A stretch of DNA of 63,925 bases, counting the filler, from Folioceros fuciformis (Eukaryota): the NCBI GenBank assembly GCA_049999805.1. It is 10 parts of 10 records of this genome, joined end to end, with 100 filler letters (N's around TTAATTAATTAA, not from the genome) between each part and the next. Parts side by side here need not be neighbours in the genome. Positions count along the whole stretch, not along the records: positions 1 to 6,394 come from JBNGIO010003895.1; positions 6,495 to 17,239 come from JBNGIO010003896.1; 8 more parts are not named here. One strand, given 5' to 3'. The notes beneath the pieces were generated by a model. That model saw only the letters and a list, made by a program, of their open reading frames with translations. It ran no database searches and was not told where the DNA came from. The position numbers were made by a program, and so were the translations under genes. Below are positions 1 through 11,620 of this stretch, in pieces. The first letter of the stretch is position 1; every line of letters starts with the position of its first letter.

Positions 1-2650
1 CTTCCTCTCTGCAACACCATTCTGCTGTGGTGTATATCTGCAAATCAACTGTCTTCGTATACCATGATCTGCATGATACCTGTCAAACTCATCTGAGACA
101 TATTCTCCCCCTCCACCTGATCTTAGACAAGAGATGGAGCAACTGAATTCATTTTCAGCATGCTTTTTGAAGTCCTTGAAAGACTCGAACACTTCATCCT
201 TATGCTTCAGTATGTACAGCCACGTGTACCTGCTGAAATCATCAATGAAGGAGACATAGTAGTGGGCTCCTCCAAACGATGCATTCTGTGAAGGACCCCA
301 TACATCAGAGTGTATCAATTGCAAAGGTCTAGAGCTGTTCTGCACGTGTCGCACAAATGGAAACCTTGACTGTTTTCCAAATTGAAATGCAAAACACACA
401 TGACCAAGATCAGTATACTTGAACTTGGGCAATCCTTCCACCACTTTTTTTTGTTGCATAGATTTCAACTTCTCTATGTTCACATGCCCAATCCTCTTAT
501 GCCATATTTCAACATCATGTATGGCACCTGCATCATTTGCAAACATTGCTGCATTTAGCTCTGGAATGGANNNNNNNNNNNNNNNNNNNNNNNNNNNNNN
601 NNNNNNNNNNNNNNNNNNNNNNNNNNNNNNNNNNNNNNNNNNNNNNNNNNNNNNNNNNNNNNNNNNNNNNACAACAGGTTCTTCGTAATGGTTGGAACAT
701 GCAACACATCTTGCAGACTCTTCTGCTGACCATTCGGCATCCTAAGAGGAACAATTCCTCTGTGCTTTATGTCATGTTGTGTGTCATCTCCTGTACACAC
801 ATGACCATGGGGACCTGCATCCATCTTGTTAAACCACTCGCCATGCAGAGTCATGTGGTTTGATGCTCCTGAATCAATGTACCATCTCTCATCATTCTGC
901 CCATCCTGTTCAGAGAGATGTTTCATGGCGAACAACCTATCCTGGTCATTTCCAGCATTACTAGAGGAGGCATAGTTCTCGTGCTGCCTTCCTTTTCCTC
1001 TCATGTTTGCTTGCTGCTTATAGCAGTCCTTAGCAATATGACCAACCTTACCACAGTAATAACACTCCTTGTCTCTATTGGATTGGTCATGAGATTGAAA
1101 AGAACCATCTCTTCCTCTTGTGGCTCTACCTGCGCCTCTAAAACTTCCAGATTCTCTCTGGCCTTGCGCATTTCCTCCACGCCAATTGTCTTGCTGATTC
1201 TGCGTGTTCCGAGCATCACCTCGTCCTCGGAATGAACCACAACGTATGTGGCCTCTCCCACGCTGGTTAGAAAACAAAACAGTGTCTCTCCCTTGAGATA
1301 TACTTGAACCTGTGTTCAAACCAAGCTTAACTTCCTCATGCAGCAACAAAGCAACCAATTCATCCCAACTTGGGAACTCAACTCTCACAGAGATTGATGT
1401 GTCAAAGGACTTGTACTCCTTGCCAAGTCCATTCAGAGTAATTGCAACCATGTCATCTTCCGTCACACTTGCACCGATTGTACCAAGCTGATCAGCTATG
1501 GTCTTCACCTTTGTTGTATACACGAGTATGGATCTGCTACCTCGTGACAAGTTGTTGTTCTATTGCTTCAACTGGATTTTCCTAGCATGTGTGACATTTC
1601 CATAGTTCCTCATGAGTATGTCCCATGCATCCTTCAGAGACTCATATCCCGTGATCTGTATGACCATAGTATCTGAAATGCTTAAGGAGAGCCAGTGTAA
1701 CACTTTACATGCTCTCTCAGTCCAATGCTTGTGAGCAGTCTTTTGCTCCTGTGATGGAGTACGATCCATCTCTGGTTCACTCTCATCACCTGTGCAGAGG
1801 TCCCAATAGCCTCTACCTACCAAGAAGTTCTTCATCCTGAACTTCCACAAAGCAAAATTCTTGTTATCCAACTTCTCTCCCACGACCTGAGAGATATTGT
1901 CTGATCCCTGCACATTAGCCATGATTCAGGCTCCTTTACGCACCAACACTTGTCCTGCAACTCCCTACACTGCTGTAGAGCTCCAGCACTCCACAAGCCT
2001 CAATCAAATCTCAACAATTCCTGAATGTGCAGCTGACTCTTCGCTAAGCAAAAACAGCCTTTGCTCAAGCTTTCAAAAAAAAAAAAAAAAAGAAAACACT
2101 GTTTGCCAAGTTCAGGCCTTCCTCCTCGCAAATCCTGGGCCTGCTGTGGCTTCCATGGCCTGGTTGCCTCTAGTAGTTGCTGCTCCTCCTGAGTCTCTCT
2201 CCCTCTCGCGCCTCTCACGCGCTCTTGCGCCTGTAGCGCTTGTGGCGGCTTCCTACGCCGCCTACGCCGCTGCGCCTCCTACGCCTCTTAATGGCTTGTG
2301 TTGCCAGCCACCTTCACGCTCATGGCCATAGCCTCAAACCCCACCATAGCCACCGGTGGCACCAGCACTCTCTCTGGCTCTGATACCATGTTGAAATAGC
2401 ACCACAGGCATAGAAGGACTCCACAGTTCCCTTCCTTATGGTGCACAGGATGCTACATATATAGCCTTCAGGCGGGGCAACTCTCGATAAGGTAAGCCTT
2501 AGTCTCGAGCGTGCAATATCCTAGTATATCCTTATATATCCTGATAACACTTAGGTGATAGATAACTACGAGTTCAATATGGGATAACCTACACTATCCT
2601 AAGTGTTGTATGCTCTTAATAACAATTCAGTTAGAGCTTGATTTCTAACA
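1..2650 (-). mobile_element. Ty1/copia LTR retrotransposon, 5' half (5' LTR, PBS, gag, protease, GAG-pre-integrase, integrase start), decayed
   Basis: Gag ORFs 1560-1922 and 555-1550 (zinc knuckle CYYCGKVGHIAKDC, protease WYIDSGASNHM); integrase LIHSDVWGP and FIDDFSRYTW near 220-320. Reverse-complement tRNA-iMet PBS GCTCTGATACCA at 2377-2388. LTR 2389-2650 has TGTTGAAAT...ATTTCTAACA termini. Confidence 0.93.
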
Positions 2651-3500
2651 GTCGCCTCATTATTAGCACGCATCAATTTGATCGCCGCATTTTCTTCCCC
2701 ATGTTCAACTCCCTGCCAGATGGTTTTGATATCTTTGAAGACACCTTTTTGCTTTAGTAAGGAGGTGTTCATCCGAAAATTTTGCAAACACCTCCTTGGG
2801 CACTCCGACTTAGAAGCAAGCTTCAACTGTAAACTAATTGGGTGGTGGTCGGAAAGGATCGTACCAGCGAGAATATCGGACGACTGTACAAAGGCCAACC
2901 ACCCTAAAGGTAAATAAAACCTGTCCAACCTACACGCTCCCAAGTTTTGTTGTTGTTGGTTTGACCAGCTGAACATCAGGGACTGTGGTTGGCGATGTGC
3001 TGGGAGGGCCACCCAAGGATCCTGCACCGCCAAGACCGTGTCTCTCAACTCCTACCAAGACAAAGGCACCCCCCGGATATCAATTGGGCTTTCCCCTCGA
3101 ATATCCTCACAGCGTTCAACAAAGTTGAAGTCGCCAGCCAACATCCATGGAATCTGCTCATCAAGCTGATACAGCTGGAAAACTCCTGTCGCTGGTAGTG
3201 TTAGGCACGTAAATATTACAGATTCCAACCGGACCTTGAGGAGTTTGCAGCACCAGCCACACAAACCTCCCCTCCTCATCTTGCTCCGATTCCAAGATAT
3301 TGTGAGTTTGATATGGGTGAACTGTAATGGACACTCCTCCGCGGGTCGCTAACACTCGTTGAGAAGAGATGTGTCCACCTCTTGTATCCTCTGCTCTAGC
3401 TGCTGCCCATTCTGTTCTACCAGGAAGAAAGATTTTCTTCACTTTTTGGATGTGTTCCAGAGACAGTTTATGCTCTTGCAAGCACACTAACGCAATCCAA
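2651..3500 (-). mobile_element. LINE ORF2 apurinic endonuclease fragment, frameshifted and interrupted by the copia LTR at 2650
   Basis: APE motifs spread over ORFs 3161-3631, 3052-3279 and 2599-3048: VCLQEHKL, GGVSI, ICNIYVPN, WMLAGDFN, RLDRFY, SDHHPI. Confidence 0.88.
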
Positions 3501-3981
3501 AAATGCAAGGGGCACGAGCGCGTGGGATGGCGATGAGCCTGAGCACAGAGGGAAAAGGAAAAACGGTTATTTAAATTCAGCAAAAATGGTGCATATATGC
3601 AAGAGTTGAGTTGTCTGTTATTATTGATCATAAAACTACTACAATGTATTTAACCTAGGGGAAAACTTTCGAAGAAGAAAAACAACGTTGTCTTACTAAT
3701 AAAACCCTGAAATGTGCTCCTTGCTCCAAATGGAAATCATTGTGAAGAGGGCATATAGCCCAATCCTCGTGATTGTAACAGCCATACTTAACGTTGCAGA
3801 TTCCACACTCCAAGCTTTACGTTGCAGCCCCTATTACGACCAAGTTCCTGAATACCAAACCATGTCGCTCAACCTGAACCCATTTGAACTTTGCAATTTG
3901 GGTGCTGCGCTCCTCCTCGATTGGCTCTTGCTCCTTCTCGTCTACCTGTGGGCTCTTGGGTGCAAACATTGTTGTCTGTCC

Positions 3982-4704
3982 ATGGAATTCAGGAAGGGCC
4001 ATGCCCCAAGAGGTATAGAGTGCACACACTGCGGTAGGGAATGGATACCAGCAAAAAGATACTCCCCTAGGCAGTGGCTATTGCACATGAAAATTTGTGA
4101 GCATTACCCTACGAACATAGATTCGCCCAAGACAGAAGAGCAGAGAATGAAGATGGATGTGGCCAAGGCCAGGCTCAAAGCCATGGTACTAGCTAGATTC
4201 AAAGTAAGACTTGAGGACACGCCTCTAGAGGTGTCCTTCGCAAAGCCAACAAAAGGGAAACATGGGAGGATCTCTTGTCAAGAATATGAGAAGCTGATGA
4301 ACTCTGCGCTGCCTGAAGAAGAAGGAGAGCGACGTTACTACTATGCATACAGAATCAGTTCTGACAGTGTGGCTGAAAAACTGAATGAACAGGAACAGAA
4401 TCTTCTGCTGCGAGCTTCCCACATAGGTGGTGACAGTAGCAAGTCTCCCTCTGGAGCTGGAGTAGGATCAAAGGGGAGTTATGACGACTTTTACGAAGAA
4501 GGGCAGGCGCTTACATGTGAGGGAGTGACTCCTTCATCCACTCTGCCACTCCATTTACCTATCTATCTTACCATGCTTGACTAATGTCCTTACCTCCTTG
4601 TCATGTGGTTTGCAGCAATGCTGGAAGAGCTGAAAAAGGCGGAAGAACTGCTGCAGACCTTGAAGAGGAAGATCAAGGAGAAAGTCTATCACCTAGACAT
4701 ATGA
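3982..4704 (+). CDS. Hypothetical spliced ORF join(3982..4516,4616..4704), about 207 aa, with a CxxC...H...C zinc-finger-like motif and a C-terminal coiled coil; antisense to the adjacent copia pol
   Basis: ATG at 3982; motif CTHCGREW...WLLHMKIC. GT(4517)...TTGACTAAT...TTTGCAG(4615) is a 99-nt phase-1 intron that joins in frame to SMLEELKKAEELLQTLKRKIKEKVYHLDI-stop. Confidence 0.5.
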
Positions 4705-4724
4705 AGCATGTTGTGAGAACAGCT

Positions 4725-6267
4725 AGTCTAGTGTGCTGTGCCTGGCTTATGTGAGGTAGAAGCCAGGCCAAGCCCTAATGCGGTAGTGTGTTTTGAATGC
4801 AAAACCTTGGGCAAGGCCTTTGTAAGCAAATCTGCAATGTTATCACTAGTTGGAATGTATCTCACCTCAACCTCACCTGTATCAGCAGCTTGCCTGATGA
4901 AGTGGTGTGTAATTTCAATGTGTTTTGACCGTGCGTGAAAAACGGGATTCTTGAGAGGGCTATCGCCGACTGATTATCACACCATAATCTGGTGGCTCCC
5001 GATGGCAACTGCTGCAAACCCCTAAGGAATGATCGGATCCAAATAATCTCTCTCGCTGCTTGGGATAAAGCCCCATACTCGGCTTCAGTTGAAGATAAGC
5101 AGATGGTCGTGAGCTTATTGCTGGACCAAGAGACTACAGAACCCCCAAGCAGATTACAATATGCAGCTATACTCCTTCGACTATCGGGATCCCCAGCCCA
5201 GTCTGCGTCACAATAAGATGTAAGCCGCAGGCCAGCAAATTACTTAGTGTACTTCAAGCCGTGTCTTGGTGTCCCTTTCAAGTAGCAACAAGTGCTCTTT
5301 AAAGCTATCCAGTGTACTTCTCCCGGGTTCTCCAAAAACTGTGACACGTTGCTAACGGCTCTGGAAATGTCCAAACGCGTCCAGGCAGCAAGGTAAATAA
5401 GGCTACCGACTGCCTGCCTGTATGGGCGTGATGACATGATATCCTTTTCTTCTTGTGTGGAGGGGCACTGCTCCTTCAAGAGTTTCTCACCTATGGACAT
5501 AGGTGTAGACACAGGACGAGCATCAGCCATGTTAAAACTCTGCAACAGCTGATAGACAAAATGCTCCTGATGGATCTCTACAGTATGCTTATCATCAGAG
5601 AACTGGAACCGTACACCCAGAGAAAAACTAAGCTGCCCTAGGTCTGTCATATCAAATCGAGATAGCAAAACACTCTTAATCCTGGCCATTAGAGTTGCTG
5701 AGGTACTAAACAAGAAATTATCATCAACATATATTGTTAAAATTAGGAAATCCTCTCCATCCCATAATATGTATACACTGCTATTTGCATCAAGGCACGT
5801 GAACCCCAACTCAATAAGTGAAGCATAAAATGTTTCGTTCCAGGCCCTATTAGATTGTGTGAGTCCATATAAAGTCTTGAGCAATAAGCACACGTTGTCC
5901 ATATCAACTTGGAAACCTTCCGGCTGAGACATGTAAATCTCTTCCTCAAGCAAGCCATTAAGGAAGGCTGTTTTAACATCTAACTGGTGGACGAAAAGGC
6001 CATAGTGCACTGCCAAAGATAATAGTATCCTAATTGAGGTGGACTTCACCACTAGAGCAAAAGTCTCGTTATAATCCAGACCAACTACTTGGCTAAATCC
6101 TTTAGCAACAAGTCTTGCCTTGTATCGCCCTACGCTGCCATAAGTGTTAAGCTTCTTTTTAAAAACCCATTTGCAAGAGACTAGCTTACGACCCTTAGGC
6201 AAATCGACTAGCTTCCAAGTACTGTTAGCCATAAGAGAATTGTATTCAGAGTCTATGGCTTCTTTCT
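4725..6267 (-). mobile_element. Ty1/copia reverse transcriptase-RNase H, decayed
   Basis: ORF 5240-6232 has WKLVDLP, KARLVAKG, QLDVKTAFLNG and YVDD. RNase H motifs (YCDADWAGD, ADLLTKAL) continue to about 4730. It is cut at about 6268 by an LTR-like TGTCGGG start. Confidence 0.93.
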
Positions 6268-6394
6268 GTCGGGTTTTAGATGCTTAGGCAGCGAGCACGA
6301 GAGCAAGATGCAAAGACTTAGAATAATGTCATCGTCTTCATAGTCAGAGGAACGCGTTACATAGTGTATATAATAACCGCTAACCGTTTCTACC

Positions 6395-6494
6395 NNNNNN
6401 NNNNNNNNNNNNNNNNNNNNNNNNNNNNNNNNNNNNNNTTAATTAATTAANNNNNNNNNNNNNNNNNNNNNNNNNNNNNNNNNNNNNNNNNNNN
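6395..6494. other. Artificial scaffold spacer (N-run, TTAATTAATTAA, N-run); the same 12-mer recurs at 17284, 23916, 33742, 45650, 51471, 53712, 55159 and 61030
   Basis: Identical 12-mer with stops in all six frames, always centred in a 100-nt spacer. Confidence 0.97.
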
Positions 6495-6566
6495 GCGGAC
6501 CTCCGGCCGCATTGACCGCGCGGACCTCCGGCCGCATTGACCGCGCGGACCTCCGGCCGCATTGAC
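6495..6566. repeat. 25-bp GC-rich tandem repeat, about 3 copies, truncated at contig end
   Basis: Unit GCGGACCTCCGGCCGCATTGACCGC. Confidence 0.85.
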
Positions 6567-7415
6567 AACGATCTTCATCCTAGCTCCGAATTCCAGAGAA
6601 CACAAAAACATGGTTTGAGCTACTTTCCCCAAGTTACAGTGCTGCGCAGCGCAACTTCAATAACTATCAACTTCTACCCTGGCTACCCCTTTTGCGTAGC
6701 GCCAGCCATCATCTTCACAATCTAGCATCCAGTTGAGTTGGCTTCACGCCCTTGCATCAGCGCTACTCCTTCCATTATGCCTTGCTAGTATACCCTAAGT
6801 TATGTTGTCTTCCCACGTTGGGCAGCAAGGTTAGACCAACAAGTAGTTGGGAAATACCCAATATGTGTTTGACTCAACTTGCCTAAAAACATGTAGCTAT
6901 TTCCAAGTTAGTTTGCAAAATAGCTAGCTAAGCTAGGTTCATTTATCCTAGCATTGGTTTACTAAAGAAATATATTTGCTATCCTATTCTACACAACATT
7001 GGCTGAGGGCTTCTTATCTAATCGGCGGTCACCTTCATGACACCCATTCTTCCTTCAATACAATAGATTAGGTAATAATAATACTCCATCCATAAGTAAG
7101 GAGGAAAGAGATTGATAGAGGATGAAAGTATGTATATCATCCATGGGCCTTTGTGATGTGGGTCTGAAGGTTGGGACACGTGGAACCTCATCACAATCAC
7201 TACCTCAAAAAGAGTACGATAGGAAGCTAATTCATGTGCAAAACGAGATAATGGAATACCAAATAGGACATGTGGATTCCTCAATCAAAAGAGATCAATG
7301 ATATGTACTAGGTCCTCCTACACAACACAACTGCATTTGGGATTTCTCAATGTGAAAGCTGATGGCCTTGTATATCCCCCTAGTGTTGTGTGAAAGAACT
7401 ATCCCTCTCAAGATA

Positions 7416-7769
7416 TTGAAGGGAGCTTAGGACACACCGCACTTGAGGGGGCTCACTTGCACCTACACCCTACATTGAAGGGAGCTTAGGGCACATTGTG
7501 CTTGAGTTGGCTCACTTGGACCTACACCCTACATTGAAGGGAGCTTAGGGCACACTGTGCTTGAGGGGGCTCACTTGGACCTATACCCTACATTGAAGGG
7601 AGCTTAGGGCACACCGTGCTTGAGGGGGCTCACTTGGACCTACACCCTACATTGAAGTGAGCTTAGGGCACACCGTGCTTGAGGGGGCTCACTTGGACCT
7701 ACACCCTACATTGAAGTGAGCTTAGGGCACATTGTGCTTGAGGAGGCTCACTTGGACCTACACCTTACA
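7416..7769. repeat. 59-bp tandem array, 6 copies, inside a larger duplication (about 7320-7895 vs 7955-8192)
   Basis: Unit TTGAAGGGAGCTTAGGGCACACCGTGCTTGAGGGGGCTCACTTGGACCTACACCCTACA starting at 7416, 7475, 7534, 7593, 7652, 7711. A single unit with the same flanks occurs at about 8010-8068. Confidence 0.92.
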
Positions 7770-8269
7770 TTTCAAAATCTCCACCTTTAGACCAAAATAG
7801 GAGGCCTTTGTAGAGAAGAGCTTAATAAAGCCTCCTGGTCCCTATGGATGTTCTTTGCCGATAAAAGATAAAAATGATCCCAAGATAAGTAAGCACTTAT
7901 GCATTGAGTCTAAAAACAAGCCATAGCAAAGAGGGAATGGCGTCCCCTCCCCCCAACACAACTATATCTAGGATTTCTCAATGTGAAAGTTGATAACCCT
8001 CTCAAGATATTGAAGGGAGCTTAGGGCACACCATGTTTCATGGGGCTCACTTGGACCTACACCCTACATTTCAAAATCTCCACCTTTAGACCAAAATAGG
8101 AGGGCTCTGCAGAGAAGAACTCAATAAAGCCTCTTTGTCCCTATGGATGTTCTTTGTCGATAAGAGATATAAACGACCCCAAGATAAGTAAGNNNNNNNN
8201 NNACCTAATCAAAACGGCACTTTGAGTTTGCCTCACTCCAAAAGACACAAACCATGAGTATAAATGTTG

Positions 8270-8581
8270 CATTTGGTAGCACTAAATTGGTGTGGACTAA
8301 GTTGCTTATGGTGTTACTCTTCAGTTGGCCACACTAAATTGGTGTGGACTAAGTTGCTTATGGTGTTACTCTTCAGTTGGCCACACTAAATTGGTGTGGA
8401 CTAAGTTGCCTATGACATCACTCTTCATTTGGTAGCACTAAATTAGTGTGAACTAACTTGCTTATGGTGTTACTCTTCATTTGAGCGCACTAAATTGGTG
8501 TAGACTAAGTTGCTTATGACATCACTCTTCATTTGGTAGCACTAAATTGGTGTGGACTAAGTTGCTTATGGCATTACTCTT
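8270..8581. repeat. 52-bp tandem array, about 6 copies
   Basis: CACTAAATTGGTGTGGACTAAGTTGCTTATGGTGTTACTCTTCAGTTGGCCA-like units at 8280, 8332, 8384, 8436, 8488, 8540. Confidence 0.92.
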
Positions 8582-9343
8582 AAAGTTGCCACAACTCTTT
8601 CCTTGTTACAACAATTGCCTAGAAACACTTCAAGAACCCATAATTTAGAGGGATCCTTCCAAGAAGCTGGTTGTGGACCTTCCTCAATAGACCCTCATGT
8701 CATGGAAAGTTGCCCCAATGCATGTTGGATGGATGGAAGGTGTAATGGCTCTCCATAGAAGCTGGTGCTACTAGTTGAAGTCCAAGAGCTTGAGCAACCT
8801 TGCATATATAATATACCATAAGCAAAAAATATCGCTTATGAACATAAGCCCTTATAAGGGTGTAGAAAAGCACCATTTGTGTTGGTTAGGTCTAAACCAA
8901 ACCTCGGCTGCCCACAAACACTCGTCTCTCTTGTCTGCAAGTCTCTAGCAAGAGATTGAAAATGGCCTTTGGGTGACCAAAAATGAGCTACCACATGAAA
9001 GCGAAGTTTCTAAAAGACATCAGATGGCAAGAAAAGGGCACGATCAAAGGCACTCCACACAAACCTCAAGGGTTGGCCAAATCCACGCATCACCTACGTT
9101 CCAAATGCTGCACATTTAAAAAAGTCCCACCCCAGGATAACGTTATTCCAATATCTTTTAGCAATGCGCGATGCGTAATAAATCCGTTCTAGGTTTTAGC
9201 GGGGGTGTGTACCCAGCGACGGTGCTGAGCGAAAATTTGAGGCATCATCATCCATCAGTAACGCAAGGCTTAGGGGATGCAGCCACCCAAGCCAAGTCAG
9301 GCCGGGTAAAAGATCAGAGCAAGGTTGCTTGTGTCTGCCGGCA

Positions 9344-10987
9344 ATGGTGCTCCTGGTGTTAGATCCATGTTCAGCAAGTGCAACATTATGCAACAGCCGA
9401 GATTGTTGCGAGTGGGATATCTGTAGGCGGAGCCACGATACTGTTAAGCTCAGTCGGAGATGGGCCTGGAAGCCATGTGTGACACACCCTTTCAGCGGCG
9501 CCGGCAGCAGCGCATGGAAGCCAGCCATTTTCACGACTAGATGCAGCAGCAGCAGCTTGGAAGAAGGAGGAGCAGGAGGACACAGAGCCGGGGACGTGGT
9601 GGGAGGCAAGTACGTTATCGTTGGCGTGCTGGGGCAAGGAGGCTTGGGCACCACGTACGAGGCAGAGATGGGGGCTGGGGGAGAGCGGGTGGCTCTCAAG
9701 GCCATCTCCCTGCGGAGCATGAAGGGGTGGAAGGAGCTGGATCTGTTCGAGCGGGAGGCACGAGTGCTGAAATCGCTGCAGCACCCGGGCATCCCCGTAT
9801 ACCTGGACTACCTGGAGGTGGACGGGCCCTCGGACCGCTGCTTCTACATGGCGCAGAAGCTGGTTCGAGGGCAGACCCTTGCGCAGCTGGTGCACGCCTC
9901 TTACGGGTGGCGAGGCAGCGAGCAGGAGGTGGAGCGCATCGCTGTGGAGGTGCTCCGGGTGCTGGACTACCTCGGGAGCTTGCGTCCTCCGGTCTTCCAC
10001 AGGGACATCAAGCCCGACAACATCCTGCTGGAGGATGCCACCGGCAGCGTCAAATTGGTGGATTTCGGGGCCGTGCAGGAGCAGGCATCGCAGCTGCATC
10101 AGCAGCAGCAGACGTGGAGCACCGGCCTCGTGGCCGGAACCTACGGCTACATGGCCCCCGAGCAGTTCCAGAACCGGGCCTGCCTGCAGACGGACCTCTA
10201 CGGCCTGGGAGCCACATTGCTCTTCCTGCTCTCGGGAGGGAGATCGCCCTCCTCCTTCCCCCAGCACCGCCTCAGGCTCCAGTTCCGGGACTCGGTTCCG
10301 GCTTCTCCTGGCATGACTGACATCGTGGAGCGGCTGCTGGAGCCTGCGCCCGAGGATCGCTTCCAGACAGCGCGTGATGTCATTCTCGCCTTCTCATCCC
10401 TCCACGTCACGGCAAGCCTGCCTTCCAAGAGGCCTGCTCCGGTGACGTCGAGGTCGTGGTCGTCAGATCCCCCTGTAGGGAGCAGGGTGAAGGTGGTGCG
10501 CAGGACCGAGGAGGACCTAGAGATGAACATTCCTGCCGCCGGGCTCACCTGGGATGGCCTAGGCACAGGCTCCTTCGCCGTGGCCTGGAACATCTTCCTG
10601 GCGTGCTGGACGGGAATGGCAGTGAGGGGCGGGGCGCCGCTCATGGCCGCCGTATCGCTGCCCTTCTGGGTGGTTGGGGCCGGGCTCGCCCGCAACAGCG
10701 TGGACGAGGTGGGCGTGGAGGTGGAGCTCCGAGTGCGCAAGGGCCGTGGTGGCAGATTCACCCTCGCCCGCACCGCCCTAGGCCTTTGGCGTCAGGAAGT
10801 GAGCGGGGAGACTGCGGATCTGATCGGCGTACAGCTGGTGGTGCAGGGAGAGGTGAACGGTCGCATCATCACCTCTTGCCAATTGCAGGAAGGAGCTCGA
10901 TCCCACAGCCTTGGTGGCCAGAGCCTGCAACCCCTGGAGAAAGAATGGCTGATCAGGGAGCTTACCTCCTTTCTGAGCCTACCCTAG
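9344..10987 (+). CDS. Ser/Thr protein kinase of cyanobacterial Pkn2/Spk type, intronless, with an N-terminal extension and two predicted C-terminal TM helices
   Basis: Kinase motifs GQGGLG, VALK, HRDIKPDN, DFG and GTYGYMAPE. WKELDLFEREARVL and the tail FAVAWNIFLACW...SLPFW resemble cyanobacterial membrane kinases. First ATG at 9344. Confidence 0.88.
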   Translation: MVLLVLDPCSASATLCNSRDCCEWDICRRSHDTVKLSRRWAWKPCVTHPFSGAGSSAWKPAIFTTRCSSSSLEEGGAGGHRAGDVVGGKYVIVGVLGQGGLGTTYEAEMGAGGERVALKAISLRSMKGWKELDLFEREARVLKSLQHPGIPVYLDYLEVDGPSDRCFYMAQKLVRGQTLAQLVHASYGWRGSEQEVERIAVEVLRVLDYLGSLRPPVFHRDIKPDNILLEDATGSVKLVDFGAVQEQASQLHQQQQTWSTGLVAGTYGYMAPEQFQNRACLQTDLYGLGATLLFLLSGGRSPSSFPQHRLRLQFRDSVPASPGMTDIVERLLEPAPEDRFQTARDVILAFSSLHVTASLPSKRPAPVTSRSWSSDPPVGSRVKVVRRTEEDLEMNIPAAGLTWDGLGTGSFAVAWNIFLACWTGMAVRGGAPLMAAVSLPFWVVGAGLARNSVDEVGVEVELRVRKGRGGRFTLARTALGLWRQEVSGETADLIGVQLVVQGEVNGRIITSCQLQEGARSHSLGGQSLQPLEKEWLIRELTSFLSLP

Positions 10988-11620
10988 CTACTCCAGGCCC
11001 TCGGAGTCCAAGGGTCGCCTTCCTTTCCCTTCTCTTCCCTTTCCACCCTTTCATCTGGCAAGAAGCTAGTTGTTGTCATTACTGCAAGCTCCTCTCAGCT
11101 GTCCTGCTCCTCCGCCCACCTTCCATGAATGCCTCACCTCACCTCACGACGACTTCTCACTGAGCCTGCTCGATTTCACTTTATCCCTCAGTCCGGCGGT
11201 ACAGCGAACTGCAGTCCAACTTGTGTCGTTGAGGTCCGAATGGTCGATGATTACCCGGTGTCTGTCATCCGTTTCCTACCCCGTCTGCACACACCCTGAG
11301 GCGCTCCCTCTTGGTGGCATCAGCATCGCATTGTCTTCGCTCTCGCATCTCTGCCGTGGGAGGGAGTCGAATGTTGTTCGCTAGCTAGGCAAGCCTTCTA
11401 GCTATCTTAATTATTTATGTAGGTAGACTCTGAGGAGGTAGAGAGAAAGCGAACGTCGGGGTCCTACATGCCACAGTGACTACCTACCCAGGACTAAAGA
11501 GGCAACGCGAGGACCCGCGAGGTGGAGTGGGAGTGGGAGTTTGGAGTATTGCTTGCTGCCCCTGCAGGTTCCCCGCGCCCGGAGCGTCGGATCTGGACGC
11601 AGGCAGGCGAAGCAGGCAGC

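Noticed and set aside
7416-8581. CRISPR-like appearance of the 59-bp and 52-bp arrays
   Set aside because: Units are head-to-tail with no unique spacers, there are no cas genes, and the context is eukaryotic.
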